Of a stretch of DNA of 64,000 nt, positions 1-14,800 are shown piece after piece. Made by a program: the position numbers and the translations under genes. The DNA is from Haliotis rubra (Eukaryota). Each line of letters starts with the position of its first letter. Position 1 is the first letter of the stretch. The DNA is taken from contig NW_025767588.1 of assembly GCF_003918875.1 (NCBI RefSeq), forward strand, positions 372,001-436,000. The letters run 5' to 3'. The notes below the pieces were generated by a model. It had not been told where the DNA came from, ran no database searches, and saw nothing but the letters and a program-made list of their open reading frames with translations.

Positions 1-654
1 GCATTCTAAAAAATGCTCATCTGATGATACATACGGACAACTCCACAGTGGCGTTCTACACAAACAAACAAGGATCGACAATGTTGGTGAACCTTCTGGA
101 CCTTTGCTTTCATCTGTTCAGCATAACGGACGATCTGAACATCCACATAAAAGCATGCCACATTCCAGGAGCCAAGAATGTGATAGCAGACGCACTATCT
201 CGTCCAACACAACCATCCCCAACAGAATGGATGCTACATCCAGAGATCTTCAAACAGATCATACAAGAGATAGAAGCTCGCTCATAGACTTGTTTGCCAC
301 AAGATTCAACAATCAACTGGCAACATTCGTCTCTCCAATACCAGATCCACGAGCATGGGCAACAGATGCTCTAAGCATCCCCTTGGAAGGACTAAACGCT
401 TACGCGTTCCGCCTCCAGCTCTAATACCGCAAGTGTTGCAGAAAATCATGCAGACGAGGAACCTGCAACTGATTTTGGTCGCGCCTTATTGGCCAGCGAG
501 AATGTGGTTTCCCATTCTCATACAAGAACTAGGACCTCCTCAACTGCAACTACCAGAGTGGATGAACTTGCTAGTACATCCGCACACCAAACAAGCACAC
601 AGGAACCCCACAGTGTTCCACCTACACGCATGGACCGTATCAAGGCTTGCTTGA
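1..654 (+). CDS. DIRS pol C-terminus: RNase H plus DNA N6-adenine-methyltransferase-like domain (two apparent -1 frameshifts, ~280 and ~409)
   Basis: HTDNSTVAFYTNKQG...HIPGAKNVIADALSR (RNase H); IDLFATRFNNQL...AFPPPALIPQVLQK...LVAPYWPARMWF (MT-like), spread over three ORF-track frames. Confidence 0.85.
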
Positions 655-1693
655 ATAAGAGAGGATACTCCGCCAGGGCAGCGAAAGCGGTCACGCTAGC
701 TTTACGCAAATCAACCCGCAACTTGTATGACGACAAGTGGCAAAGTTTTGAGACCTATGCTTTGAGGAAGGGCTTCACAGCCATGAAAGCGACACACCCT
801 CATGTGGCGGACTATCTTTGTCATCTAAGACAAACAAAGCGGTTAAATGGTTCAACACTCTCAACATACCTAGCGGCATTGAGCTCAGTTATCACCATGA
901 GGACGAGTGTAAAACTGACTAAGGTACCAGAGATACTGGCCTTACTACGGTCCTTCAAGTTGGAAGACCAACAACAGAGATTTAAATCTCCGGCTTGGGA
1001 CCTCAACATAGTTCTACAGCATCTCACCAGTGACGCTTATGAACCATTAGATGGGACATCTTATGAGTTCTTGACACAGAAAACTCTATTTCTGATTGCC
1101 TGGGCAACAGCAGCAGGGATGTCGGAAATACATGCTCTGGACTTTGAACGGACACGATTTGATGCGCACCGCAACATCGTACATATGGGACTAAGATGGG
1201 ACTTTATAGCAAAGAATCAACTGCCAGGTCAACCCGACAGACAGTTCCACATCCCAGCATCCTTGGGCCTCAGGATACACAGGACCTATCCTTGTGCCCA
1301 GTAAGAGCATTAAAAGTCTACCTACAAAGGTCTAGGACCAGGAGACGAAAATTCAAGAGCCTTTTCATCCCTATATCGGCAGAGACACCTACGGAGATCT
1401 CTCGCACAACGATATCAATATGGATGAGAGCTGTCATCCTAAGGGCCTATAAAGCAGCAGGACTTGATCCTCCACGAGCCTCCAATCCACATGAAGTTAG
1501 AGCTCTGGCATCAACACTCGCTCTACATGGAAACTGCTCCATCACCACGATAATGGAGGGCTGCTTCTGGAAATCAGACATGGTGTTTGCCAACCACTAC
1601 CTGAGAGACATCGCCACCGAGGACGTCTCCGGCATTCACCAGTTTGGGCCTCTTGTTGTAGCACAACAACTGACGGTTCCACAAAGGCGCTGA
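630..1693 (+). CDS. DIRS tyrosine recombinase (one apparent -1 frameshift ~1255)
   Basis: N-terminal STRNLYDDKWQSF, PAWDLNIVL, LTQKTLFLIA, CPVRALKVYL, HEVRALAST (HxxR), W...FANHY (catalytic Tyr). Confidence 0.88.
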
Positions 1694-2092
1694 GACTCGC
1701 CCTTTTATCACGTGACTTGCAAAAGCCAACGCTCTGAGGAGTTAGAGCTTTAGAGTCCATGTGCACGTCTAAGACAGACCAGCATGAGTGATAGACCCTG
1801 TACTTGTAAGGACATACTCATACATAAGAAGGGTCGCTTCTCCACTTGATGCAAGCATCAAGAGATGGAGTTGCACAAATCCACACATAATGTTAGCAGA
1901 AGAAAGGAGCAAAAGCTGACAAGTTGTGGTCCCCCCATCAGAGAAAGCTGGAAGATAAGGTCAGCAGCAGCAGAACCTAGCAGAAAATTAACAGTGCTAC
2001 CATGAAGTTCCCATAGGGGGATATGCAGGACGTAAATCACCAAGCTTGGAATCCAGAAGTGGCATGACCCACCACCAAATCCGTTGGATTCT

Positions 2093-2177
2093 ACAAGCAA
2101 AATAGCATGAGTCAGGACAAGGAAAAATATGTAATTTTCTGAGTAAAATTGATATTTTATACTTATCCTGACTCATG
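2093..2177. repeat. DIRS internal complementary region (ICR)
   Basis: 2129-2177 is the exact 49-bp reverse complement of 2429-2477; 2093-2117 is a direct repeat of 2416-2440. Confidence 0.9.
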
Positions 2178-2415
2178 AGGTCAGCCCTCCCAACCTCCCC
2201 TCAAGGCACTTTTGGATTTCCCAGCAAATCTAAGTGTCGGGCTTGATATACCGAGAGAGTGAGGAGCTGGGAGACGGGTGGCGCCGTTTCCCGCCAAAAC
2301 TGGGAAGGGACATAACTCTTGATGAGTAGTGAGTGATTGATTGTCGTCTGCTTTTTTGAAGGGAGCTTCAAAAAGGGGATTCAAGTGTTCCACTAACGTT
2401 CGCAAGGAGAAGAAG

Positions 2416-2477
2416 ACAAGCAAAATAGCATGAGTCAGGATAAGTATAAAATATCAATTTTACTCAGAAAATTACAT
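2416..2477. repeat. DIRS right terminal repeat end / right extension
   Basis: Complementary to the ICR; the element appears to end at ...gaaaattacat. Confidence 0.85.
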
Positions 2478-2562
2478 TATCAGAGACTTAGTTAAAACAT
2501 AATGATACCAGTCATTTTCTTACCTTATGTTTATATTGCCAATTTAACTTGGACTGTTTCAG

Positions 2563-2812
2563 ATCACTGCCACAGATGAGAATGGTAAAGGTCTGAAGAC
2601 TCATGCTGACTTGAAAGTGAAGGTCAAGGACATTAACGACAACTCGCCTCGGTTTGACTTCCACCATGTAGTGAAGGTTGACCCCAGAAGCCCGGTAGGT
2701 TACGAGGTTGCTACTGTGAAGGCTGTTGATGACGATGGCTCTCCGGAGAATAGCAGACTCATGTACTTCCTCAAAGATGGTGTCGGCAAATTCAGAATCA
2801 ACCCCTTGACAG
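2563..2812 (+). CDS. Cadherin exon A1
   Basis: ttcag|ITATDENG...DINDNSP...GKFRINPLT|gtgag. Confidence 0.9.
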
Positions 2813-5800
2813 GTGAGAGGCATCACTGGGGAATCAGGTTGGAATGGTCACATCATAAAGGCTAATCTAATATGAGGAATAAGCATTTTCAGTGTGTCTT
2901 CCATTGTATCTCATTTATGTTGCTCATGCTGTTGGTCACTGGTTTGCTGAGATATAGTCAGAATATTGGTGATTAATATGTAACAGTTTCCATACACTTG
3001 TTAAATCTGTTTCATGATCTTGCTGGTAGTCAATGAACAAATGTATCACCACTCACCTGTAATGTGAAATATCTTGTTTTCTTTTGGACCTGTTATGCAT
3101 TTTTGCTGAGATGTATTCTCCAACATCTATAGCTAGGTAATCAATATTTAGCTATATCATTATCGAGAAATATATACTTTTGTCTGGTTGAGACTCTCTT
3201 TACCAGGCTATCTTGACATGAAATCTTCCTGACTGCAGTGTTCAACAATAAACATGGTTCCAGGTACAATCTTGTTGTCGTCTCGACTAACGGAGGAGCC
3301 GCTGAGCTCGGAGTACAGCCTAGGGGTGAGGGTGGTGGACTCTGGCTTCCCTCCGCAGACTGCCGAAACCACGGTGAAGGTGCTGGTGGAGTTGAACCAA
3401 CCTGCCGTGTACGAGCTGACTCAGGACTTCCATGTGACGGAGAACCGTCCTACTGGCACCATGGTGGGCATCCTGGACTTCGCCGACCCTGATGGCAAGG
3501 CCCTGGAGTTTACCTCGCTGGATCACTCAGGTACTTGATGGATCAGATCCTTTAAAAACACATAAACTGGATTGCTGGAGTACTCCCCTGTATGTTGCTG
3601 ACCCTTACTCTCTGGATCAGATATATGCTGGATTATTCAGGTGTCCTAAATTGGAAATGGTTCACTGCAAACTATGCTAGTCATAGAAGACAACGTAATG
3701 GATCTTGTGGTCAGTCTGGCAACTTAAATATTTCATCAATGAGTGTTTGATATTTTATCTGAAACTCATGCAGAGAATGCTGGCATCATCTTGCAGACCA
3801 AGTGGGTCCATGATCATATCTACCCATTGTATTAGGTCGTCATTGCTTTCTAGAGTGATGTGATATATGTCTGTTTTCAAAGAAAGAGAGTCTCCAATAA
3901 TCTTTTGTATTTCTATTGTCCATAAACAACGTGTTACTGTTATTGATTTAAACCTTTGTCTTCTACCATTTCATGGTATCAAGTACTCAGTAACACATAT
4001 AAACATTGAATGTCTTCTCTTTCAACTAAGTGCTAAGACAGATCCACCAGAAGTATCATCTGCATATACTAGTACTTCCTCCTCCTCCTCCTGTTCCTCC
4101 TCCTCCTCCTCCTGGTCCTCCTTCAGTTCCTCCTCCTCTTCCTCCTGGTCCTCCTCTTCCTCCTCCTTCAGTTCCTCCTCCTCCTGGTCCTCCTCCTCTT
4201 CCTCCTGGTCCTCCTTCTGTTCCTTCTCCTGGACTTCATCCTGTTCCTCCTACTGTCTCCTGGTCCTCATTCTGTTCCTCCTCTCTTCCTCCTGGTCCCT
4301 TCCTGGTCCTCCTTCAGTTCCTCCTGGTCCTCCTCAGTTCCTCCTCCTCTTCCTCCTGGTCCTCCTCCTGTCCAGGACTTCATCCTGTTCCTCCTACTGT
4401 CTCCTGGTTCCTCCTCCTCCTTCTCTTCATCCTGTTCCTCCTCTTCGTGTTTCTCCTCCAAATTCACTCACTCATTCTGGTTATTGTGCAGTGCCCCTGT
4501 CTGTGGACCATACAACAGGGATGATCCAGACCACAGGCTCTCTGGACCGGGAGAAGTCATCATCTATCAGTCTCCCTGTACAGGTAGTGGATCAAGGAGC
4601 ACCCTCCTTCACCGGCACCATCGTCGCCACCATCCACATCCTGGACATCAACGACAACAGTCCCACCTTCAATGTTGGTGATGGATATCATGGAGTTGTC
4701 CCCGAGACCTTTGACTCCAACGACCCATACACCGTGTACCTGGTACGTGACCAGGGAGACTGATATAGCAATGTCAGATGAAAAAGAATGAAGTCATTTA
4801 TATGTTCTTTGTATAGTGTTTAAAATTACTTGTATTGGAGATGCCAATATCAATCAGGTGTAGGATCTGTATATCTGTGTGTTAAGAGATAACACTTTTG
4901 CCTTTGGAAGATGTTTATAATGTAAAGTTATTCATGCATTTCTATACACAATACAAGGACATGTAAAGAAGTAATGAACATGATTTCAGATGAGATATTT
5001 CAGTGTTATAAATATTTATAAATATTATCCTTGTGTTCACACAAATCTAAAGAAGCACAACACAGATGCATTAGACTAATGCCACATTTCTGTCCTTGCC
5101 TACAGGCAGCTGTCCAGTTAGAACACATTATCATCTAACGGAGGGTGTTATCGGTGCAATAAAGCAATCTGATAAACTTGGTATCCAAATCTGATAACTA
5201 TGCAAATTACGTCAATCCATGAACTACTTTCACAAAACTCCATACACACCATGCGAATCCTAAAACGTTTCAACATTTCATTGATGACGTCGTTGCGAGC
5301 TTACATTGTTTGTAAACAAACATGGCTGCCCCCATTCTCAAAATTGGTGATTCTGTAAGAATTGATGACAAAGGTTCTGACAAAGGAGTCGTTACTGCAG
5401 TAAATGACTTTGGAAAACATGAAACGGAGTACTTCGTTCAAATTGAAGGTACGGATTATGAGGCACGACTGAAAGGCAATCGTCTAAGAAAGGTACCAAC
5501 CAAGGATTTCGATCTATCGATCACAATATACAGACGACAAATCGATTCCGTCAGGTATCAGAAACTGATATTGATGAGGTGATTTCCGCAATTAAAATAG
5601 AAACATTGTCAGGAAAACCCTGCCTGATTTTGTTGTTCTTTTTAGACAGAAAGATCTTATTTTAAGCATGAGTTATATTTGCACTGTATTAGCGACTAGT
5701 CACAACCATATGCTGCCATCATCAACGACCTTCACCTTGGTGGTTTACTGCAAAGTGTTCTAATGCGAATGCTCGACTCTCTTCATATAAATTCACATAC

Positions 5801-8800
5801 GATATGCTTCTTTTTTAGAACAATTTTAAGAATGACATTATATGATAGAGAGATTATTAACCTCGTGTGTTTCCTGTATCATTAATATCATATATTAGGA
5901 ATTAAAATTATGTACCGGTATTATGCCGCATAATACAATTTTTATTCCTAATATATGATATTAATGATAGGGAAACACACTAGGTTAATAATCTCTATTT
6001 ATCAATTCAAATGAAGAGCACCAGTACATGTTATTTAAGAAAGGACCTTATGTATGGATGAGTAATGAATCACAACACTGACATGTCATAGAAATAGCAA
6101 AGAAACAAGTTAGTAGCAAAATGGACAACAAAGGAAACAGAGAACAAAGCGTATTAAAGCCTGTCAGTGTAAACTAAATTACAAACACTGTGGGACACCA
6201 TTCACAATGAAGAATGTCAGTATCATCAATGTAAGAAGCTGGTGTCTTACACTGAAAGTAAGTGTTGTCCATGTCTTCTGCAGAATCAACCAATAGTTGT
6301 TGCTGACGCCGACCCTGATGTGGACCTGGACAACATTCAGCTCAGCCTGACAGGACCTGGCAGTGACCTGTTCCAGATTGACCAGGCTTCAGGGCATCTT
6401 GTCCTTACTGCTCCCCAGAAAGTTGACAGTGAGACCCAGGCCACCTTCAACCTGACTGTAAGACTTCTCTACATTCATTACACTGTCATGTAGTTGAAAT
6501 GTGTGTCATACTTTAAAAAACACTGCATTGTTTTGAAAGCCTTGGGACAATATTTTATCACAGATGTGCAACATGTATTGCAACCATTACCATTGCTAAA
6601 TATTTCAAAAACAATTTTAACACTTTCCACCAACTCACCAGTACATTAGACCATCCTCCCACCAGTAAATACCAACGATATATCATTGCAGACCCTCACA
6701 ACATAGTAGAGCTGGTATTGGCATACAACCTGCGATACGATACATCACGATGCTAAAATTTTAGTCACGACTATATATTGCCAAAGTATTGTGCACTGAA
6801 GCTGCGATACGATACGAATCCCGATATAAGGGTGACGATACGATACGCATCACGATACTAAAATATTTAATTCTAGCACCAACTATAAAACACCTGAATA
6901 TCAAAACAAAACCATTTTAAAGTATTTCGTCAAATTCCGCCAGCGTTTTTCAATGTTCATTTGGAAACGAGATAATTAAGTTTATACACGGACTGAATGA
7001 ATGATAATAACATGTGAGCGCTGTCTGACACAAGTCTTGACGCAAGAATTGCCAAGAAAACGTTTACTTATGAAGGTAAAATAAGTAAGCAAATATTTTA
7101 ATCATCAAACAAAAGTGAGTCTTTTTTCTTGACAGATATCGCGATTCGGCAATATTCAAAGTGAAACATCGATGTATCATTGCCCATTTGAAGTATCCTA
7201 TCGGGATATATGACAATGTAAAACTTTGTATCGATTCACTGTATCGGTGGCCCATGTATCGATGCGTATCGATGAATCGTCACACCTCTACAACATAGGG
7301 TATATAAGGAGGAGAGTACGAAAAGTACATGATCTAGGCTACCTGTTGTCCGACTTCCATTTTTGTGTGAAGCCACAATTGCTGAGTGCGTCAGATCACT
7401 GTCTTTGTGTGCTGGGATTAGGTGGCTGACTCTGAGAGAGTGCGTTTGAAATGGATGGAACTCAACCTAAAAAAAAGTACTAGAATCTGTAACTCTACTG
7501 AGAAAGTGTAATCCCAAATATTACATATGTTGTAACTACTTGTCGTTTATTGCCATCCAGATTCCAGTATTCTCCTGCCATCATATTGCTTGCTGTTTCT
7601 GTTTCAGCTGACAGCAGTAGACGACTCCAACGGAAAGACACAGCAGTCGTCGGTGCCTGTGTTTATTGATGTAGACGATTTTAACGACAACCCGCCAGAA
7701 TTTAAGGATGACTTTGATTTTGAAGTTGCCACAAACACACCAGTTGGTGCAGAGATTGGAACAGTTGTTGCTTCGGACAGAGACATCTCTGAGAGGAATA
7801 ACAAGCTCACATACATCCTGAAATCTGGGGATATGGAAAGTTTGAACTGGATAGTGATACAGGTTAGAAATTTTAGTCTTTCATTGAAATTGGAAAGTAA
7901 CAATAATTAACTCTTGGGAGAAAGACTTGTTTGTAGTCATATAGGTTTAAAGTTTGAGATTAACTGTTGTGTTCTTGTTATATATAAAGACATGTAGGCT
8001 GGCCTGAGTTAGAATGTGTCATCAGCAACTGTTTGTTTGTTTGTTTGTTGTTTAATGCCACACTCGGCAATATTCAAGCAATATGGCTGTCATCAGCACT
8101 GGATCTGGACTCTGTTTCACAAAGCTCTCGTAACCTTAAGATCTCATAACTTTTCTCGTAGCATTTGTACCTTCTATACTGTAACATAGGGAGTGCGATT
8201 GCTATGAGAAAAGTTACGAGTTCTTAGGCTTACGAGAGCTTTGTGAAACGGGGCCCTGATGTTGAAACTCATTGTGTGTGATCATAATGTGACAGCATTG
8301 TTTGTTGCTCATACTATCCATCACTGGTTTGTCTGGTCATGATGATTTAAGTGAGTGAGTGAGTTGAGTTTTACGCCGCACTGAGCAATATTCCAGCAAT
8401 ATGGCGGCCAAGATGAATTAAATGCTGACAACATACAACTGAGAATTGCAGTGTTTGACAATTTATTTTACATATTTCTCTTAGAAGTTTTTAATGTTGT
8501 TCATATTTATTACTCTGTTTCAAATAATGTTGAATATGCCAGCAAACAATAACTTGTTAATGTAGGAAGAGAATGTATTTTGATTTTATGAAGGTATACT
8601 GCTCAAGGAAAGTGCAGTACTACCAGAAGTTTTTCATGCTGCTATATTTGATGTGAGTGTGTGAGTGAGTTTAGTTTTACGCCACACTCAGCAATATTCC
8701 AGCTATATGGTGGCAGTCTGTAAGTAATTGAGTCTGGACCAGACAATCCAGTGATTAACAGCATGAGCATCAATCTGCACAATTGGGAACCGATGACATG

Positions 8801-11800
8801 TGTCAACTAAGTCAGCGAGCCTGACCACCTGATCCCGTTAGTCGCCTCATACGACAAGCATGGGTTACTGAAGATCAATATTCTAACCCGGACCTTCAAG
8901 GGTTCTTTATTTGATGTGCCTTGGCAGGACAGAGTATCTATAAAAAATACATATATATACATGTATTTGGCCAAATGAATTTCTAAGTGTAAGTGTTGTG
9001 GATTCAGGAGTGCTGCGTCTGTCAGAGAACATCCTGCGAGAACCTGTGTTAGGGACTTACATCCTGCACATCGAAGCCCTGGACAGTGGGGAGGTGCGTC
9101 TCACCGGGGACACCAGCGTCACCATCAGGGTGCCAGTCAACTCCCCTCCCACCATCGACGACAGCTTCACATTCGCTGTAGAGGAAAACAAGCCTGTTGG
9201 CAGTGTTGTAGGGGAGGTAACTCTGGAGGACCCAGACACAGCGTCAAACCAGTATGAGACGTTTGAATTTGCTGTCACAGATAAACAAGGTGAGATCCTC
9301 TATCCAAGGTTGAATTTACTCTATTCATATTGTTCAATGTTTTGCGCATATATCAGACCTAGTTATTAAACTGTGGTACTGAAATATACAAACCTATTTT
9401 GCTGTTTCCTAATGTGTTGTGGTATTTAATTCCATTAGGATTGTGATTATATGTTTTCGGGGAAGTTGCTTTTTAGAAATGCTAAAAGCAAAATAATGTT
9501 CATTTTTCAACTGAAGCATGGTACATCAATATCAAAACAACTATTGATGTCCTCAGGGTATTTTAAGAATTCTCTGCTCCCTTCATTTAGAAACAATATA
9601 AATCTTTATAAGCGTAAATATTCACAATGTACTACAAAGTTTAGGGGGAAAATGACAGTGTTCCAAATACCTGCCAGCCCGACCACAGGTTATTTTCAAC
9701 ACAGACTGCTAGATTCTCATATTCACGGTTTGGTTAAAAATTGTATATGAAGATTTATTGTGGGCAGGTAAGTTTTGGTCAGGGCTAGCAAGTTTTACAT
9801 CGAACCAGCAATGTGGTCTGGCTGTAATTTTTGGGAGTTTCATATCCTGAAAATGAAGAAAATGGCTGCTGGGGAAAAGGAAGAAAATGGCTGCAGGGGA
9901 AAATTGATAAAATGGTTTTAGTTAAAAATGAAGTTAAAAACTGGTGTAAGTGCAAACTATACCCTTTGGTGTTAGCTATATCAGTAAATTCTAGTGTTGT
10001 TTTCAGCACCATTTGAATTCCGAGGGAAGACCGGTGTCCTGACAACCAAGAGGGGTTTGGACAGGGAGAAGGAGGAGTACTTCACTGTACCTGTCCGAGT
10101 GGTCAACCCAGGGGCACCTGCCTTCACAGTGACCACTACAGTGACTGTTACCGTGACCGACGTTAATGACAACATCCCGGTGTTCAGCTCTCCATCAGGC
10201 TATGTGGCCTCCATGATGGAAAATGCAGTCACAGAGTTCCTGGAGATGGTGAGTTTTGTATTTTGTGTGTGTTGTGTGAGCTGTGTGTGTCGTGCTGTGC
10301 TGTGTGAGCTGTGTGCATTGTGTTGTGTTAATTGTGTGTGAGTTGTGCATGTTGTGAGCTGTGCTATGGTGTCAGTTTTGTTGTGTGTGATGTAGTGTTT
10401 GTTGTATGTGTTGTGGTGTGACTGCATTACAGAATAGATAAAGCTGCATAACATATAAGGTATTTTAGGGTGTGTTTGGGGATGGTAATTACCCATATTT
10501 GGTATACACTTTACATCAGTCAGCATTAGTGAGCTAATAAGTATGTAGTGTTTATTATCTCAGTACTAGGCAGGGTATGTACATGGTGTTGATTCCTAAT
10601 ACATGATATTTACCATTCCACAACTCACACAAGTATGATAATCTCATGAATATCCATAGTCTTGTTCATATTCTAAACAATGTCAAGAAAAATTGTCGAT
10701 GTCAGCATCGACATCCTTGATACTGCGACACCATCACACATGTTTTCTCCATTAATATATAGACATTGATATCCCTACAGGGGCAATAGAAATCATAACA
10801 CACTATATCGATAACCTCCACCTTTTATCCCTAGAGTGATGTAGTGAGTGTTGTTGATGCCGATGCTACAGAGGCTCACCGACTGACCACCCTGCATCTT
10901 GGTGGTGAGGGTAGTGATAAGTTCATCTTGAACACGGACAGCGGACGAATCAAGTTGAGGACACCAGGCAAGCTGGACGCTGAGGAGCAGAGTTCTTACA
11001 ATTTGACTGTGAGTGAACTTGGGTTTCTCAACACCTTAATGTGTCAAGTCAATGTGCTTAGTGTCAGCTCAGCTATATGTAGGTCATCCCAAAGTGATGC
11101 AGATCTCAAATGTTTACCACTTTAATGAATACCACAAACATGCGTATGGTTATGATAGAAAAACATAATCACAGGCATAACATAAGTTATAGTTGGTATT
11201 ACACCTTCTCAGTTGAGTACAGGTTCCAGTTCTGTTGTTGGGTTGAGTCCAATGTATGAAATAGCTCGGTGACTGGCCTGCTAACCAAATGCTAGCTGAT
11301 TGCTGATTGTGATAGTCTAGATCATGTACTGTGAGTACCCCTCTGACAAGGGTTAGATTGCTGACTTTATGTGCTGGCAATTAGGTGCCTGACTTTGAGA
11401 GTTTGGGTTCGAATCCGGATTGGACTCAGCCTACCAAAAGTACTAGAATCTGTACTTTACTGAAAGCGTAATCCCACGTTACATTTGACCTCTTTCTAAA
11501 TGGCATTGTGTATTCATAATTACAGCCACCTGAGATTCAAACCAATGATTCTTAGTTTCTGCCAAGCCTAAAGAATGCCACTCTGTACAGTCTGTACAGC
11601 AAAGTATCTTTCATTCAGGTCTCAACTCGTTATTGCAATGCTGTGGAATTTCATTTAGATCACTGCGTCAGATGAGTCTCGGAGAGGCAAGAACTCCACA
11701 ACATCCTTGACTGTCACTATTGGGGACGTCAACGACAATGCCCCAGTTTTTCCGGGGAGGTACAACTTGAGTATAGCCGCAGGAACCAGGGTAGGGGAGG

Positions 11801-14800
11801 TTGTCGGGACGATCAAGGCCATGGACAGAGACATCCATCGCAAAAACAACAGGGTCACGTATCTTCTGAGAGGTGGTGCATTTGGAAAGTTTGACTTGGA
11901 TCCAGATTCAGGTATATAACATTGGTTGTACTTTGGATGGAGAGGTCTCAAGTTGAGTTTGATGGCTTCATTTTGTGCAATGTTACTGAGGTGTTACTGA
12001 TCAAAGGGTCTGAGGTATTTGTTTTAACAGACTGGAGATATATACACAGGAAAATAATGTAAGATGATGAACAATTTGTTTACTTGTTTGAAAAGGTTAT
12101 ACTGATGTTTTGTGCAGAGCCTAAAGGAGTACATCTTCCATATTATCAGAGACATACGGCATTGTATACAGTGATTTTATTTGCAGCCATAGAGTAAGAT
12201 ACCTGTGAAAAAAAGTGTAATTTGAACATTTCATTATGTGTTGTTTGGAATATGCACAACAAAAATGTTAAGGATAAAAAATGTCTTTTGGGATTTCTAT
12301 ACTGAACAGCAAAAGAAACGTCAGTCTGGCTTTTTGTCAAGTTTTTAAATAGAAGGCAACCAAAATTGTGTCTAATCATCTATTCTATAGAAAACACCAT
12401 CAATTTAACAGCTGAAAGTTGCTGTTGACATTGAATTGCAATAAGTTCAAATTGATGACAGTCCGTCAAATGGAGATACCCATCAACGCAAAAAGTGACA
12501 GTCTCTTTAGTAGCACACATAGCCACCTTGAGTTTGCACACAGGTTGTGCAACGATGCCTCATTGACTCCACTAGAGTCAAAGAATGCCTGAGGCAAGTT
12601 GTTCCACCCAAACACCAATCTCTGTTCCAACTGTCAAGTGTGAGTGGATGTCTACCTGCAGCAATCCTACGTCCAATTTCGTCCCAGAATGTTCAATGGG
12701 AGACATATCTGGGGAACGAGACGGCCATGGAAGAACATTGATGTTGTTCAGAGCCAGGTAAACCATTGACAACATTGATGTATGAGGGCTGTAAACGTCG
12801 CTGGTGTTGTTGACCTGTCAAAATTGGCTGCACATATGTCCGTTGGCAGTGGATTCCAGCAGCCGAAGACGGCGCCTAATCCTATCGCTGGACACTGCTC
12901 CTCTTGACCCATGAACTAAGGCTGCTGTTACTGTTGCTGCTTGAGTTCGGTTCCTTAGATGAGTGACCGGATGAACAGATCTTGCCCATGAGTTGTCACC
13001 CGTGGCCGTCTGGTACGGGGACGATCAGCAGCAACCCCGGAACGATGATGATGTTGAGCAAGTTTTGTAATGGTGGAAAGATGACAGCCCAATTGTCTAG
13101 CTACAGCGGTTGCAGAGCTACCTCCATGCAACTTTCCAATGGCCATTCCTCTCTGCTCAGTCGTTAGTCTAGGCATCGTTTGTGCGGCGTGTACACCTCC
13201 TAGTGTCAATACTCAACTATGTTTTGACACAAACCTTTATAAAGCATACCTCACAGTGAAATGCATGCTTTTCATCCATAACCGTTGATGCACGTGCTAA
13301 AATTATGTGTGTTTTTTTTCTGCATTGTGGATGTGTTTGTGTGAATGTTTTGTATGGACGTCAAATTGCCTGACATCATCTCATCTGGGATCATTACGTC
13401 ACTTTACCATGAACGTTCCATAAACGTGAACGCTTACTTTCATGAGATTTCATTTTTTTTAAACTTGCGTTTCTGTTGCTGTTCAGTATATTTTGTAGTT
13501 CATTCAATTTCATAAAAATATTCCCCCAAATACTCATTTTTCCTGATTTTTTGGGTATAGGTGAAATGTGACTTAGGATATGTGATTTTCTTCTCCAGGT
13601 GACATTGTAGCCCTTGAGAAGCTGACAGTTGAGCCATTCCGACACGTGTACCACCTGTCTGTGGAAGCCATCGATTCCGGTGACCAGAGACTGTCATCAG
13701 AGACAGTGGTCACCATCAAGGTCAACCTCAACAAGCCACCTGTAGTGCCCACAACCTTCCAGTTCAAGGTCAAGGAGAACCAGACCGTGGGGTCAGAAGT
13801 GGGAAGGGTCAAGGTCACCGACCCAGACATGGAGTACAATGATCGAGAGAAGATCCAGTTCTTCACTGGGGAACCGGGAGGTAGGGAGACCAGCATCAGC
13901 AAGATTACAATGATACCTAGTCTCTAAAATGAAAATGTTTTACAGTTATATTTTTATCTTAAAAAATGTTTTAAAAAGGAGTGAGAGGCTTTTTTTCATT
14001 TTTTGCCAGAAACTATGGTAGTTTAAACTTGGGAATTATTAGAACCATAACAGGTTGCATTGGATATATTTGTTTCAGGATCTGTGAGACCAACTACAGA
14101 ATGATCTAAAGTGATCAAAGTGACTGCCATTACCTTAAAATTCACAAAGACTTGTGATAGTCTTACAGCTAAGATAGGTTTGATGAACAAGGCTCTAGGA
14201 TTGATCGTTTTTGCTCATGTTATATGTATTGCAGTAGAAACTTTATGAGAGTTGCGGACTCGTGTTATTTTAACCAACTGGCATAAAAGAGCTACAACAT
14301 ATGGGAGAATTTGTAGCAACATTTGAAGCTACTTAGCCAAATATTGTAAGCAGTACCGAAAATTTGGCTACTCTGGGATGTTTGGACAGAAAACCTGACT
14401 TTTCACAGGTTCTATTAAGGTGAGATGTACCTGCTATTATCTTGTTTGGAACCAAATGGGTGGTTGACTGGTCTCTATGACAAGCCTTGTGAAGTACTCT
14501 GTGACCAGTTATGAAATCTAGCCACTGATCTAATCATTAGATGGTAGCTGATCAGGCGCCATCTTGGGAAAGTGGTCTCACTTAGCTGCCTCATCACTCC
14601 GGATCTCAATGACATCAATTATATAAAAAAAGATAATTGTGAACGATTCATTCCTCAAAAACTTCATGACCTTGTAATCCCCAACCTTCTGATGATATTG
14701 AAGACTAACATATTATAAGTATTAATGCAATGTAGCGAAATGTTTTATCTATTTTGTTGTTTTATTTGTACCATAAGATACCTTCTTATTCTTGGAGATT

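Larger units (their letters stand above)
1..2477 (+). mobile_element. DIRS1-like tyrosine-recombinase retrotransposon (5' part outside window)
   Basis: Domain order RNase H -> methyltransferase-like domain -> overlapping tyrosine recombinase, followed by an internal complementary region and a right terminus complementary to it. Confidence 0.93.

Noticed and set aside
3867-4524. Poly-Ser and poly-Pro (formin/extensin-like) ORFs
   Set aside because: Translation of the (CCT)n tract; only 4492-4742 is a real exon.
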